A program made the position numbers and the translations under genes. Below, piece after piece: positions 55,582 to 64,000 of a DNA stretch of 64,000 bases. Source of the stretch: Escherichia coli (GTDB lineage Bacteria > Pseudomonadota > Gammaproteobacteria > Enterobacterales > Enterobacteriaceae); NCBI RefSeq assembly GCF_003018255.1, contig NZ_CP027440.1; one strand, 5' to 3'. How positions within the stretch are numbered: position 1 is the first letter of the stretch; every line of letters starts with the position of its first letter. A model generated the notes under the pieces. It searched no databases, was not told the origin of the DNA, and saw only the letters and a program-made list of their open reading frames with translations.

Positions 55582-55982
55582 AAATGTTCCTCTTCTTATT
55601 GTACTTAATTCCAAAGTAATTTTACGAAGAGAAATAAGTGGATGTAAGTGAAGTTAGTCACATAAAGAGATAGCAGATTAAGCTAAAAAAAGAGAAATAA
55701 CAGTCCATAAACTGTTGACATTACTTTCTATTCTACTAAGTAATTTCTCGCCGATAAACAACTAATCTATTGATATTTAATAAATTATTGTATTTTACTG
55801 ACAAAATTCCGAATTGAGATCATAAATAATCATGCAACAGGTTATGCAAATGCATAAATATGTGATGAATGTCACTTATTTATTTCAATAATATATCGCC
55901 TAAAAACAACGCGGGGCAGGGAATGGCTGCCCCATTTTAATTTCTACGTAACGTGCGTGGTTGACTACTCGTTAGCAAATAA

Positions 55983-56744
55983 TCAAATAGCTAAAGCACT
56001 CATCGTGTTATCCGTGTTCATACCCGTGTGCCTTTGACAACGGTACTCCTTAGAAACTCTCTTCGGACTGTTGCCGAAATGTTTGCGGAACGCATAAATA
56101 AAATAAGATGTACTCGCATAACCACATTGTTCGGCAATTTTATTGACTGAACCTTCTACGCGTATCAAATTTTTTGCGTGCTGCATTCTGGCATCTAAAA
56201 GAATCTGTGAGAATGTCGTTTGCTCTTGCTTTAGTTTTTTCTTCAACAGGCTTTCACTAATGTACAGGCAGTCACAAATATCTTTCAGCTTCCATGGGTG
56301 CGCCAGCTTCATGTTGACAATATTTCTCACTTTCCCGGAAACGGATAGCACACCGTTAGTTAATAGTGTAATGAAACCTTTGCATGTGGCAAAAATAGAC
56401 AGGCAAGAAAAAAGCAAAAGTTCTGAAAAGTTATGATGATTGCGTTCTTCCGAGTTGAGATAAGCAATCATTTCATTAAGCAATCCAGTCGGTACATTTG
56501 AAGCACGTAAAAACTTCGCAGGGACAGGCATCGTCACTGTCTGGATGTTAGTGCATTGTAGATATTTTTTAATGGTGTTTTCATTAAATCCGATTTCTTT
56601 GAAATGCCGCTCATAAGGTTCAAAATGCGTACGAACAGCGTTATCTACCATCAGGATCTCGCCGTCAGAGAAGGCGTAATCTTTATCTGAAATGTTAGCG
56701 TTGAAGGCATGATGAATAAATATAACAGAACAAACGAGCGACAT
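55983..56744 (-). CDS. ydeO: AraC-family acid-resistance regulator YdeO (253 aa)
   Basis: C-terminal AraC-type HTH. Confidence 0.85.
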   Translation of the reverse strand: MSLVCSVIFIHHAFNANISDKDYAFSDGEILMVDNAVRTHFEPYERHFKEIGFNENTIKKYLQCTNIQTVTMPVPAKFLRASNVPTGLLNEMIAYLNSEERNHHNFSELLLFSCLSIFATCKGFITLLTNGVLSVSGKVRNIVNMKLAHPWKLKDICDCLYISESLLKKKLKQEQTTFSQILLDARMQHAKNLIRVEGSVNKIAEQCGYASTSYFIYAFRKHFGNSPKRVSKEYRCQRHTGMNTDNTMSALAI

Positions 56745-56818
56745 TTTATCTCCTTAAAATAATAAAGTTTTTATCGATAATTTTTTAACATTTCATATTT
56801 ATAATTTGCTGTTTATTT

Positions 56819-57016
56819 TCAGTCTTGCAAACTATTGATAATGAAATGTGTAAGATCTCTTGCAATGCGACCCATTTCTGAAATACCCAGCTGATCAATT
56901 GCCGAAAAAATGGCTATCAACGTAAGTGTCAGTAATAAGACAACCACAATTACAGACATGATTTCTTTATAGTTGTCTCTTTGCGTGATTTTGTTTTTCA
57001 CTGTGGTCGCATGCAT
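56819..57016 (-). CDS. safA: small membrane protein SafA, PhoQ activator (65 aa)
   Basis: Single TM segment; immediately upstream of ydeO. Confidence 0.8.
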   Translation of the reverse strand: MHATTVKNKITQRDNYKEIMSVIVVVLLLTLTLIAIFSAIDQLGISEMGRIARDLTHFIINSLQD

Positions 57017-57127
57017 TTCAAATATGTTAATTTAGCGGATAACGTTAAAAATCGTTAATCAGTATGCTTAATATAACAGGCTGGAGAAAAGAGGAAATAG
57101 GACTGGCACTTCAGTACTGAGCGGAGT

Positions 57128-57146
57128 TTCTTACAGCTGTAGGCAG
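57128..57146. promoter_or_regulatory. EvgA-box-like inverted repeat TTCTTACA-GC-TGTAGGCA upstream of safA
   Basis: Close to the EvgA consensus TTCYTACA-N2-TGTARGAA; nearly the same 18-mer recurs upstream of ydeP. Confidence 0.5.
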
Positions 57147-57263
57147 AAGTTTATATCTTATAGGATGTGGTTTAATTTAATCCATGTGAGCAAATTGCGC
57201 GATAATAGTCAATGAGGAATTCTTCTGCTGTGCGGATGACAGCAGAAGAAATGAGAAGAGGCA

Positions 57264-59543
57264 TTAATTTGATGGTTCTAATTCAACCGGAATACTTTTA
57301 TAGCCTGGAATGCCACTTAATGGATCGTGGTTATCAAGTGTTAGCATGTGATTCGATTCTGGAAAATAGGTCACCAGTGAGCGGTCAGCCATAGGGTAAA
57401 TGACCACTTTTAATCTATCCATGCGGCGTGAGCTTCGCTTACCGTCTGGCGTAAGCGCAATAAGATTAACTCTTTCGCCGTTTTTTACACGGCAAATTTT
57501 AGCTTGTTTAGCACTCATAAAGACCACATCTCGTTGACCGAATACCCCTCGATAGCGATCATCCATACCATAAATCGTCGTGTTGTACTGATCGTGACTG
57601 CGTACTGTCGCCATGACTAGCTTACTGTTAAACGCTGAAGAGGGATCTTCTAACAGCCCTTTACTGGTAATGAAATTAGCCTTACCTGACGACGTCCTCC
57701 AGCGCCTTTCAGCAGCTGCGTTTATCAGGTGAAAACCTCCAGGATGTCGGATGCGCTGGTTATAGTCGGCGAACTCTGGCAGTACAGCTTCAATGTCATT
57801 GCGAATGCGATCATAATCTTCCACCAGATACTCCCAGGCTACCACGCTCTGGGGGAGTGCTGCCTGCGCGATTCCCGCAACCACTGCACACTCTGATTTC
57901 AGCATTACACCGGCGGGTTTTAACACGCCACGCGAGGCATGAATCATCGACATTGAATCCTCAACGGTTACCGCCTGCGTACCGCTTTTTTGCATGTCAA
58001 TCTCGCTGCGTCCCAGAACCGGCAGAATATAGCTATGCCGTGCGGTCAGCAGATGAGAGCGGTTAAGCTTAGTGGCAACGTGTACCGCCAGATCTAATTG
58101 CGTTAACGGTACAGCGCTCGCTTCCCGATCTGGCATTGCCAGTGCAAAGTTGCCCCCCATGCAGATCAATGCGCGAGCCTGCCCCGTACATATTGCTTGC
58201 ATGCTGGCAATTGCAGCATGTCCAGGTGCATGAGGTGGGGTGAAACCATAGCGCTCACCCAGGCGAGCCAGAAACTCTGCAGACGGTTTCTCGGTGATAC
58301 CGACGGTTCGGTCGCCCTGTACATTAGAGTGACCTCGTAGTGGGCAGATACCCGCACCAGGCTTACCAATGTTACCTTTCATCAACAGCAGATTGACCAG
58401 TTGCTGTACGTTCTGGGTACCATGTTCGTGCTGAGTGATCCCCATTCCGTAACAGATAATGGTTCGTTCGGCAGCGGCATATGCATCAGCAAGTTCGGCG
58501 ATTTGTGTCTGACTTAGTCCAGAAATACGTTCGATATCTTTCCACTCGGAATTGAGCACGTCACGGCGTAGCTCGTCAAAGCCGATGGTATGCGTTTGAA
58601 TAAATTCGTCATCCAGCAATGAGGGCCGACCTGCGGCGCTTGCAGCATCATCGCGCTCAATTAACAGGCGCATCATCCCCTTGAGCAACGCCATATCACC
58701 ACCAATGCGCACGTTGTAGTAGGCACTGGCCAACTGAGTCTCAGAGTTCGTCAGCATTTCAAACGGGTTTTGCGGTGCGGTAAATCGCTCCAGGCCACGT
58801 TCCTGTAGAGGATTGATGGCGATCATTTTCGCTCCCCGTTTCACTAAAGCGCGCAACGAAGTCAACATGCGAGGGTGGTTTGTACCAGGGTTATGCCCAA
58901 TGCAAATGACTAAATCGCATTTCTCAAAGTCTTCCAGCAACACGGTCCCTTTACCTACACCGATACTCGCTGCCAAACCCACACTGGTCGGTTCATGGCA
59001 CATGTTGGAGCAGTCGGGGAAGTTATTGCTCCCGTATTCACGGGCAAAAAGCTGATAAAGAAAGGCAGCTTCATTGGAAGTGCGGCCCGAAGTATAGAAT
59101 TCAACCTGATTGGGATCACTATAGCTTTGAAGGCGTTCGCCAATTTCGTCGAAAGCTTGTTGCCAGCTTAATGGCTTGTAACAGTCGCTGACGTCATCAT
59201 ATTTCAAAGGCTGAGTGAGACGTCCCGCAGCCTCAAGCTCGTGATCTCCCCAGGTAAGTAATGATTGAACCGTATTCTCAGCAAAGAAAGAGGCATTTAC
59301 CTGCTTATCCGTGACTTCCCAGGCGATTGCTTTTGCGCCGTTTTCACAAATGTCGAATGACGCACTGTGCTTAGGATCTGGCCATGCACATCCCGGACAG
59401 TCAAAGCCCTCTGGCTTATTCATATCAAACATGGCAATAACATCCTGGCGTATATCCATCTGCTTACGTACTGCATTTGCTACGGATTTAACAGCACCCC
59501 AACCACCGGCAGCTCCCTGGTAGGATTCAATTTTTTTCTTCAT
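57264..59543 (-). CDS. ydeP: molybdopterin oxidoreductase-like acid-resistance protein YdeP (759 aa)
   Basis: Formate-dehydrogenase-like fold, full length. Confidence 0.85.
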   Translation of the reverse strand: MKKKIESYQGAAGGWGAVKSVANAVRKQMDIRQDVIAMFDMNKPEGFDCPGCAWPDPKHSASFDICENGAKAIAWEVTDKQVNASFFAENTVQSLLTWGDHELEAAGRLTQPLKYDDVSDCYKPLSWQQAFDEIGERLQSYSDPNQVEFYTSGRTSNEAAFLYQLFAREYGSNNFPDCSNMCHEPTSVGLAASIGVGKGTVLLEDFEKCDLVICIGHNPGTNHPRMLTSLRALVKRGAKMIAINPLQERGLERFTAPQNPFEMLTNSETQLASAYYNVRIGGDMALLKGMMRLLIERDDAASAAGRPSLLDDEFIQTHTIGFDELRRDVLNSEWKDIERISGLSQTQIAELADAYAAAERTIICYGMGITQHEHGTQNVQQLVNLLLMKGNIGKPGAGICPLRGHSNVQGDRTVGITEKPSAEFLARLGERYGFTPPHAPGHAAIASMQAICTGQARALICMGGNFALAMPDREASAVPLTQLDLAVHVATKLNRSHLLTARHSYILPVLGRSEIDMQKSGTQAVTVEDSMSMIHASRGVLKPAGVMLKSECAVVAGIAQAALPQSVVAWEYLVEDYDRIRNDIEAVLPEFADYNQRIRHPGGFHLINAAAERRWRTSSGKANFITSKGLLEDPSSAFNSKLVMATVRSHDQYNTTIYGMDDRYRGVFGQRDVVFMSAKQAKICRVKNGERVNLIALTPDGKRSSRRMDRLKVVIYPMADRSLVTYFPESNHMLTLDNHDPLSGIPGYKSIPVELEPSN

Positions 59544-59785
59544 CTGCTTATCCTGTGTGGAAATGAATTATTAGGATTTGTAATAGCGATGATGCACAGT
59601 ATATACAAAGGGATTATCGTCAACATGGATATATAAGAGTAGGGGACTACTCTCTTTCTATTTTAATCTATTATCGTTAAACAAAAGATTAAATACGATA
59701 AATTAAGCATCATCTCTCATAGTGTTTAAATTAACATATTTTTCAATATAAAAAATAAGACTCTGGCGTTAATTGTGCGCGGATT

Positions 59786-59803
59786 TTCTTACAGGTGTAG
59801 GAT
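59786..59803. promoter_or_regulatory. EvgA-box-like inverted repeat TTCTTACA-GG-TGTAGGAT upstream of ydeP
   Basis: Second copy of the motif seen at 57128; flanked by an imperfect inverted repeat AATTGTGCGCGGAT ... ATCCGCGCAATT. Confidence 0.5.
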
Positions 59804-59875
59804 AATAGCCTTCACAAAATAATTATCCGCGCAATTTTCGCGAATGGAGCGCATAGACTAAGGTCAAAATCACAA

Positions 59876-60790
59876 TTATTCATAGATAAAAGTGACACCA
59901 ATGACTGACTGAACTGTTCCGGCTGAAACTTTGTTTCCTGTTTGTCCATAGGTTGCGCTTAAACCCAGAGGTACTTTGCTTTTATTTACTGTCCCCAGGG
60001 AGACGTTTTCTCCCGTAGCCAGTATTTTTCCATTACGCATCAGAGAGACACCCACTCCCGATGCTTTTGTTGCATCTGGTGCTGTGTTAGCAAACACTTG
60101 TCTGGCACTGTCAGTGGTAGCACCCGAAAGATAAAATGAGAGCTTTTGTTCACTTGAGCAATATACGCCAAGGGGTATTTCTGCGCTTCCAAGAAAGTCC
60201 GGGAGATTCACGTTGACATTACGACTATCAACGGTGCAGCCGCCTGTTGGCATAACAACACTGTTATTTGAAATAATATTCCACGTAAAATTACGCGGAT
60301 TTCCGCTTCCTAACGTGGCAATTTTATACATATGAATACGGGCAATAACTTCCCCTGCTTTTATGACAACTCCACCGGCCACTCCGACTGGGGTAATATA
60401 GAGTTTTAACGGTAATGGCATCGGTGTCTTATCACCAATATCCAATACGTTGGTATTTGTCGTCAACGGGAAGGGGTAGGTCACATTATTCCAGTACAGT
60501 GATCCTTTATATGACTGTAGGGAGCCTGCGAAAGCTGATCCTTGTACCAGGTTTATATGATCAGTGTCGTACCAGCCGCCGTAATCATTCCAGCAACTTA
60601 TATGCTGAGACAAGTCTACAACCAGATTCTGGCCCGGTTGTATTACAGGATCGAGATTAACATAAACAGAGGTTGTACCTGCTCCAATACTTGACCCGCC
60701 ATCGACATTACAACTGAAGGCAAAAACTTTGCCTGCCATTAATAGAAGATAAATACCGAACAGGACCTTTATACTGAATGTTTTATCCAT
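59876..60790 (-). CDS. ydeQ: fimbrial adhesin-like protein (304 aa)
   Basis: Signal peptide; FimH-like size; last gene of a chaperone-usher cluster. Confidence 0.75.
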   Translation of the reverse strand: MDKTFSIKVLFGIYLLLMAGKVFAFSCNVDGGSSIGAGTTSVYVNLDPVIQPGQNLVVDLSQHISCWNDYGGWYDTDHINLVQGSAFAGSLQSYKGSLYWNNVTYPFPLTTNTNVLDIGDKTPMPLPLKLYITPVGVAGGVVIKAGEVIARIHMYKIATLGSGNPRNFTWNIISNNSVVMPTGGCTVDSRNVNVNLPDFLGSAEIPLGVYCSSEQKLSFYLSGATTDSARQVFANTAPDATKASGVGVSLMRNGKILATGENVSLGTVNKSKVPLGLSATYGQTGNKVSAGTVQSVIGVTFIYE

Positions 60791-60849
60791 GATATATCCT
60801 AAGGTTAAAAAATTGATTTAAAAAGGAGGCAAAAAAAATCAAATTGATG

Positions 60850-61353
60850 TTATTGCCAGGTATAGATCACATTGATTAGCGCCTCGATCGTTCCCTGGCT
60901 TGCGTTTCCATTCACCGTGATAGCTCTTGCCTTAAGTGGAAACTGTGCATTACGAGTGATCTCATCAACAATAACCGTTTTGCTATCGCCATTTTTTAAC
61001 GTCGCATCCTGGTCATCCCTTAGCTCTATCTGAATATTTTCGGCAGTACCTTCATTTTTGTAATAACCCGTATTGTCAGTTGAACCTGTCACGATTGCCG
61101 TCACTGCACTTGTTTCAACCGGACAATCGGTTAATGACAAAGTAATATTGTGCCAGCCTGATGCAGAACCAGGTTGTTGCAGATTGCGCGTATAAAGATC
61201 CCCGAGATTAACGTTAGCTTCTTTGGTTTGAATAGTGCAGGGTTTAGCGACTACCCGACCATTAACAGTGATAGTGACATCGGCGGCCTGGAGAGTTGCT
61301 GTGAATAACGCGCAAAACGTCGCTAACAGGAACCTCTTGTGAAGTCTTTTCAT
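60850..61353 (-). CDS. ydeR: fimbrial minor subunit (167 aa)
   Basis: Signal peptide and pilin-like C-terminus. Confidence 0.75.
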   Translation of the reverse strand: MKRLHKRFLLATFCALFTATLQAADVTITVNGRVVAKPCTIQTKEANVNLGDLYTRNLQQPGSASGWHNITLSLTDCPVETSAVTAIVTGSTDNTGYYKNEGTAENIQIELRDDQDATLKNGDSKTVIVDEITRNAQFPLKARAITVNGNASQGTIEALINVIYTWQ

Positions 61354-61365
61354 ATCTGGCTCTGA

Positions 61366-61896
61366 TTATTGAAATTCAAGGGTAAAGGTTGCCGAAGCCC
61401 TCACCAGTCCCGGATTGACGGACTTCTGAGTTGACTTCAGACGAGCGGAGTAAGGCAAAATATTGTTCTGTTCTGGTACCAGTGGGATCCACTGCATCCC
61501 GGCATGAAGGTCATTCAATTTCACCGGACGCATATTTCCGTCCAGTATTTCTATACCCAAACCGGAGGCCGTGTTGCTTCCTTCATCCAGTTTCAACAGA
61601 GTATTATTTTCTGCATCCTCAATACCGTTAAATGCAACCCGAACCCCCGTTGTCCCTTTACTGCATTCACTTAACGTAATCTGAAAAGGGACGGCTGGAC
61701 TTGTGCTACCGGTCGTTGGAAATTGTCTGGCACTGTTTTTTTGGAGATCTACGGTAAAATTAAGCGAATCCGATGAGACTGTGCAGCCATAATCGAGAAC
61801 GCGCCCGCTAATTTTAATAACGCTATCTGCAGATAAAGCAGAATAGGTGGTTAACCCCAGACATAAACCGAGGAAAATAACGTTATTGTATTTCAT
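61366..61896 (-). CDS. ydeS: fimbrial minor subunit (176 aa)
   Basis: Signal peptide and pilin-like C-terminus. Confidence 0.75.
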   Translation of the reverse strand: MKYNNVIFLGLCLGLTTYSALSADSVIKISGRVLDYGCTVSSDSLNFTVDLQKNSARQFPTTGSTSPAVPFQITLSECSKGTTGVRVAFNGIEDAENNTLLKLDEGSNTASGLGIEILDGNMRPVKLNDLHAGMQWIPLVPEQNNILPYSARLKSTQKSVNPGLVRASATFTLEFQ

Positions 61897-61909
61897 AATC
61901 TATTGTTCC

Positions 61910-63922
61910 TTAGCGACAGATTGCTGTCTGCTGGTTCAGCAAGGTTTCAGGAGAGACTGCAGGAAGCTTGTACTCGACAATACAGTTTGAGTTTTTATCT
62001 TTGCCCCATGAAACCTGTAATTTCCCTGACTGTGGAAGTCCAGTCAGATAAACCTGACCGTTTTCCGCGACAATGCTGCCATTTTTATTCTCCCCATGTG
62101 TGACAATTGCACCGAATGGAACGCTCTTATTACCGTACTTCAACGTCATTAATACTTTCCCGCCGATTTGTGCATTAAATGTTGCTCTGGCAATAGCACC
62201 GTGAGTTGGGATGACAGTGACAACGGTTTCATCCAGTTCAACATTATCTGCAAGGGAATTCGCGTTAAGAGCGACACGATTTTCTCTATATTCTGTCGCA
62301 AATGGTAATATGGCATAGCCACGCCAGTCGGTATGAATTCCGGTCTGGTTCTCTATTTTGACATTATCAGCGCCAGGAGCCTTAACCAGAACCATTGTGT
62401 CGCCCAGCGGCTGTCCAAAGGTGATGCCATCAGCATGAGCAATAATGCCACCACTCATTCCGTAATAAATCTGGCTGCTGTCACCACTCCGACTGTAACC
62501 GACATTCGTATTACCGTAAGCTCCACGATAATTAAGAGAACTGTAACCACTGGTGCCAGACGATGTATTACCCCCTTGGGTGTTACCGACCTGAACGCTA
62601 TAATTCAGGTTATTATCCGGCAGCAGAGTGCCATAAACCCCTGATAGGTTGGTCATGCCGCCTTTCAAATCGTTTGACATACTGTAACTGGCGTTTGAAT
62701 TACGAAATGCCGACTGACTGTCTGTACGCATCCAATGACTGAAGGGAACATTAAGCGTAAAAGCAAGTAAATGATCCCGATCGTTTTGCCATATATTATT
62801 GGAATAGCTGTAATTCAGCGAAGTCGTAATATCACCAAACGGCACATTTAATCCAAATGATATTTGCTGGTCGCTGCGTGACGTGTTCCAGTAACTTTGG
62901 CGACTGGCACTGAAAAATGTCGTACCGTAATGTCCAAGCTGCTGAGAGATGCTTATTTGTTCCTGACCACGCTTACTGTAAAACAGATTAAAATAATCAA
63001 TAAATAGTGTCTGCTCATTGCTGTCTCCGGTAGGAGGCTTGACGGTGTAACCACTCATTCGACTGTAGGCACTGTCGGATAAGTTATAAAAACCTTGCGT
63101 AGAATAGCGATATCCTGCGACCTGGATATTGGTTCCCGTCTGGTAGAAGGATTTGCTGTAGACGGATTTAACCGATTGTCCGCTGTGACGGGTGTCATCT
63201 GCAAGCGTCGTATTGGCCTGCGTGATATCGAAAGAAAAGGCACCAAAAAGTCCTAAATCTTTACCAATACCAAGGTTGAAGGCCTGATATTCTTCTGCAA
63301 TTTGCATTCCGCCATAAGGTGTCCAGTTTCCTTCCAGTCCATGCATCAAGCTACCTTGTATGAATTTGGGGGAGCTTTGCAGGTTATTTCCACTACGATA
63401 TTCCCCCATGGCAAGCGCATAACGCGTATATCCAGCACGTTGGAGAACCGGAACAGACGAATAAGGAACATATAATGTCTGAATACTGCCGTCTGCATCT
63501 TTTATGGTTACTTGCAGATCACCACCATTGGCCGCAGAGTTGATATCATCAATAGTAAAAGGGCCGGGTGGGACAGTAGTCTGATAAACATCGTATCCAT
63601 TCTGTTTTACACTCACTTGTGCGGTGCCGCGGGCAATACCATGAATCACCGGAGCGAAACCATGTTGGCTATCGGGCAACATCGCTTCTGTTGAATTTAT
63701 TTTGAGGCCACGAAAGTTTACACTATCAAAAATATCGCCATCGGTATAACTATCACCTACCGTTAAGCGTGAGCGTAAGGGAATAATGTCACGTTCAGCC
63801 GACGTATTGATATGCTGCCATTTATTGCTGTCAGATGAATTGCTACTCCCACTGTTATAACTCCACGTTGAGTTATCGCGCAGTCGCCAACTACCAATGT
63901 TGATGCCACTCTGTAAATTCAA
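61910..63922 (-). CDS. ydeT: fimbrial usher (FimD-like), C-terminal 670 codons; N-terminal part lies at or beyond the window edge
   Basis: Usher-type beta-barrel sequence; the track ORF starts at the first in-window Met, so intact versus truncated cannot be decided here. Confidence 0.6.
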   Translation of the reverse strand: MNLQSGINIGSWRLRDNSTWSYNSGSSNSSDSNKWQHINTSAERDIIPLRSRLTVGDSYTDGDIFDSVNFRGLKINSTEAMLPDSQHGFAPVIHGIARGTAQVSVKQNGYDVYQTTVPPGPFTIDDINSAANGGDLQVTIKDADGSIQTLYVPYSSVPVLQRAGYTRYALAMGEYRSGNNLQSSPKFIQGSLMHGLEGNWTPYGGMQIAEEYQAFNLGIGKDLGLFGAFSFDITQANTTLADDTRHSGQSVKSVYSKSFYQTGTNIQVAGYRYSTQGFYNLSDSAYSRMSGYTVKPPTGDSNEQTLFIDYFNLFYSKRGQEQISISQQLGHYGTTFFSASRQSYWNTSRSDQQISFGLNVPFGDITTSLNYSYSNNIWQNDRDHLLAFTLNVPFSHWMRTDSQSAFRNSNASYSMSNDLKGGMTNLSGVYGTLLPDNNLNYSVQVGNTQGGNTSSGTSGYSSLNYRGAYGNTNVGYSRSGDSSQIYYGMSGGIIAHADGITFGQPLGDTMVLVKAPGADNVKIENQTGIHTDWRGYAILPFATEYRENRVALNANSLADNVELDETVVTVIPTHGAIARATFNAQIGGKVLMTLKYGNKSVPFGAIVTHGENKNGSIVAENGQVYLTGLPQSGKLQVSWGKDKNSNCIVEYKLPAVSPETLLNQQTAICR

Positions 63923-64000
63923 ATATGCATAGTTGGATTTTCCTGCATTATGGTTACTACGATTATTAATAGAATTACCATTAAAACTATAGTTTAGTAG

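Noticed and set aside
1-64000. CRISPR arrays, rRNA or tRNA genes
   Set aside because: No regularly spaced direct repeats and no rRNA- or tRNA-like sequence seen anywhere in the window.

Overview
This window reads as an Escherichia coli chromosomal segment with a K-12-like gene order (called from memory of protein sequences and synteny, no database search was run). The first ~9.5 kb is an accessory Rhs island: two diverged, directly repeated ISAs1-family (H-repeat) insertion sequences bracket a vgrG 3' remnant, a full-length Rhs polymorphic toxin with an AT-rich C-terminal tip of unknown activity, and an overlapping candidate immunity gene, followed by an orphan immunity-like remnant and a GNAT gene carrying an in-frame TAA. 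The rest is mostly core metabolism, almost all on the minus strand: yddH, nhoA, yddE, narUZYWV, yddG, fdnGHI (with the UGA selenocysteine codon), a HigB/HigA-like toxin-antitoxin pair, adhP, maeA, sra, bdm, osmC, ddpXABCDF, dosP, yddW, gadBC, pqqL-yddB-yddA, ydeM-ydeN, ydeO-safA, ydeP and the ydeQRST chaperone-usher fimbrial genes. Points worth a second look are the Rhs toxin/immunity module and its IS flanks, two single-codon nonsense lesions (GNAT, ddpB), a dosC reduced to a ~72-codon 3' remnant next to an intact dosP, and a narU-yddG junction with no intervening genes. I found no rRNA, tRNA or CRISPR array. Gene starts were chosen by N-terminal recall and may be off by a few codons; the supplied ORF track reports GTG/TTG starts as M.
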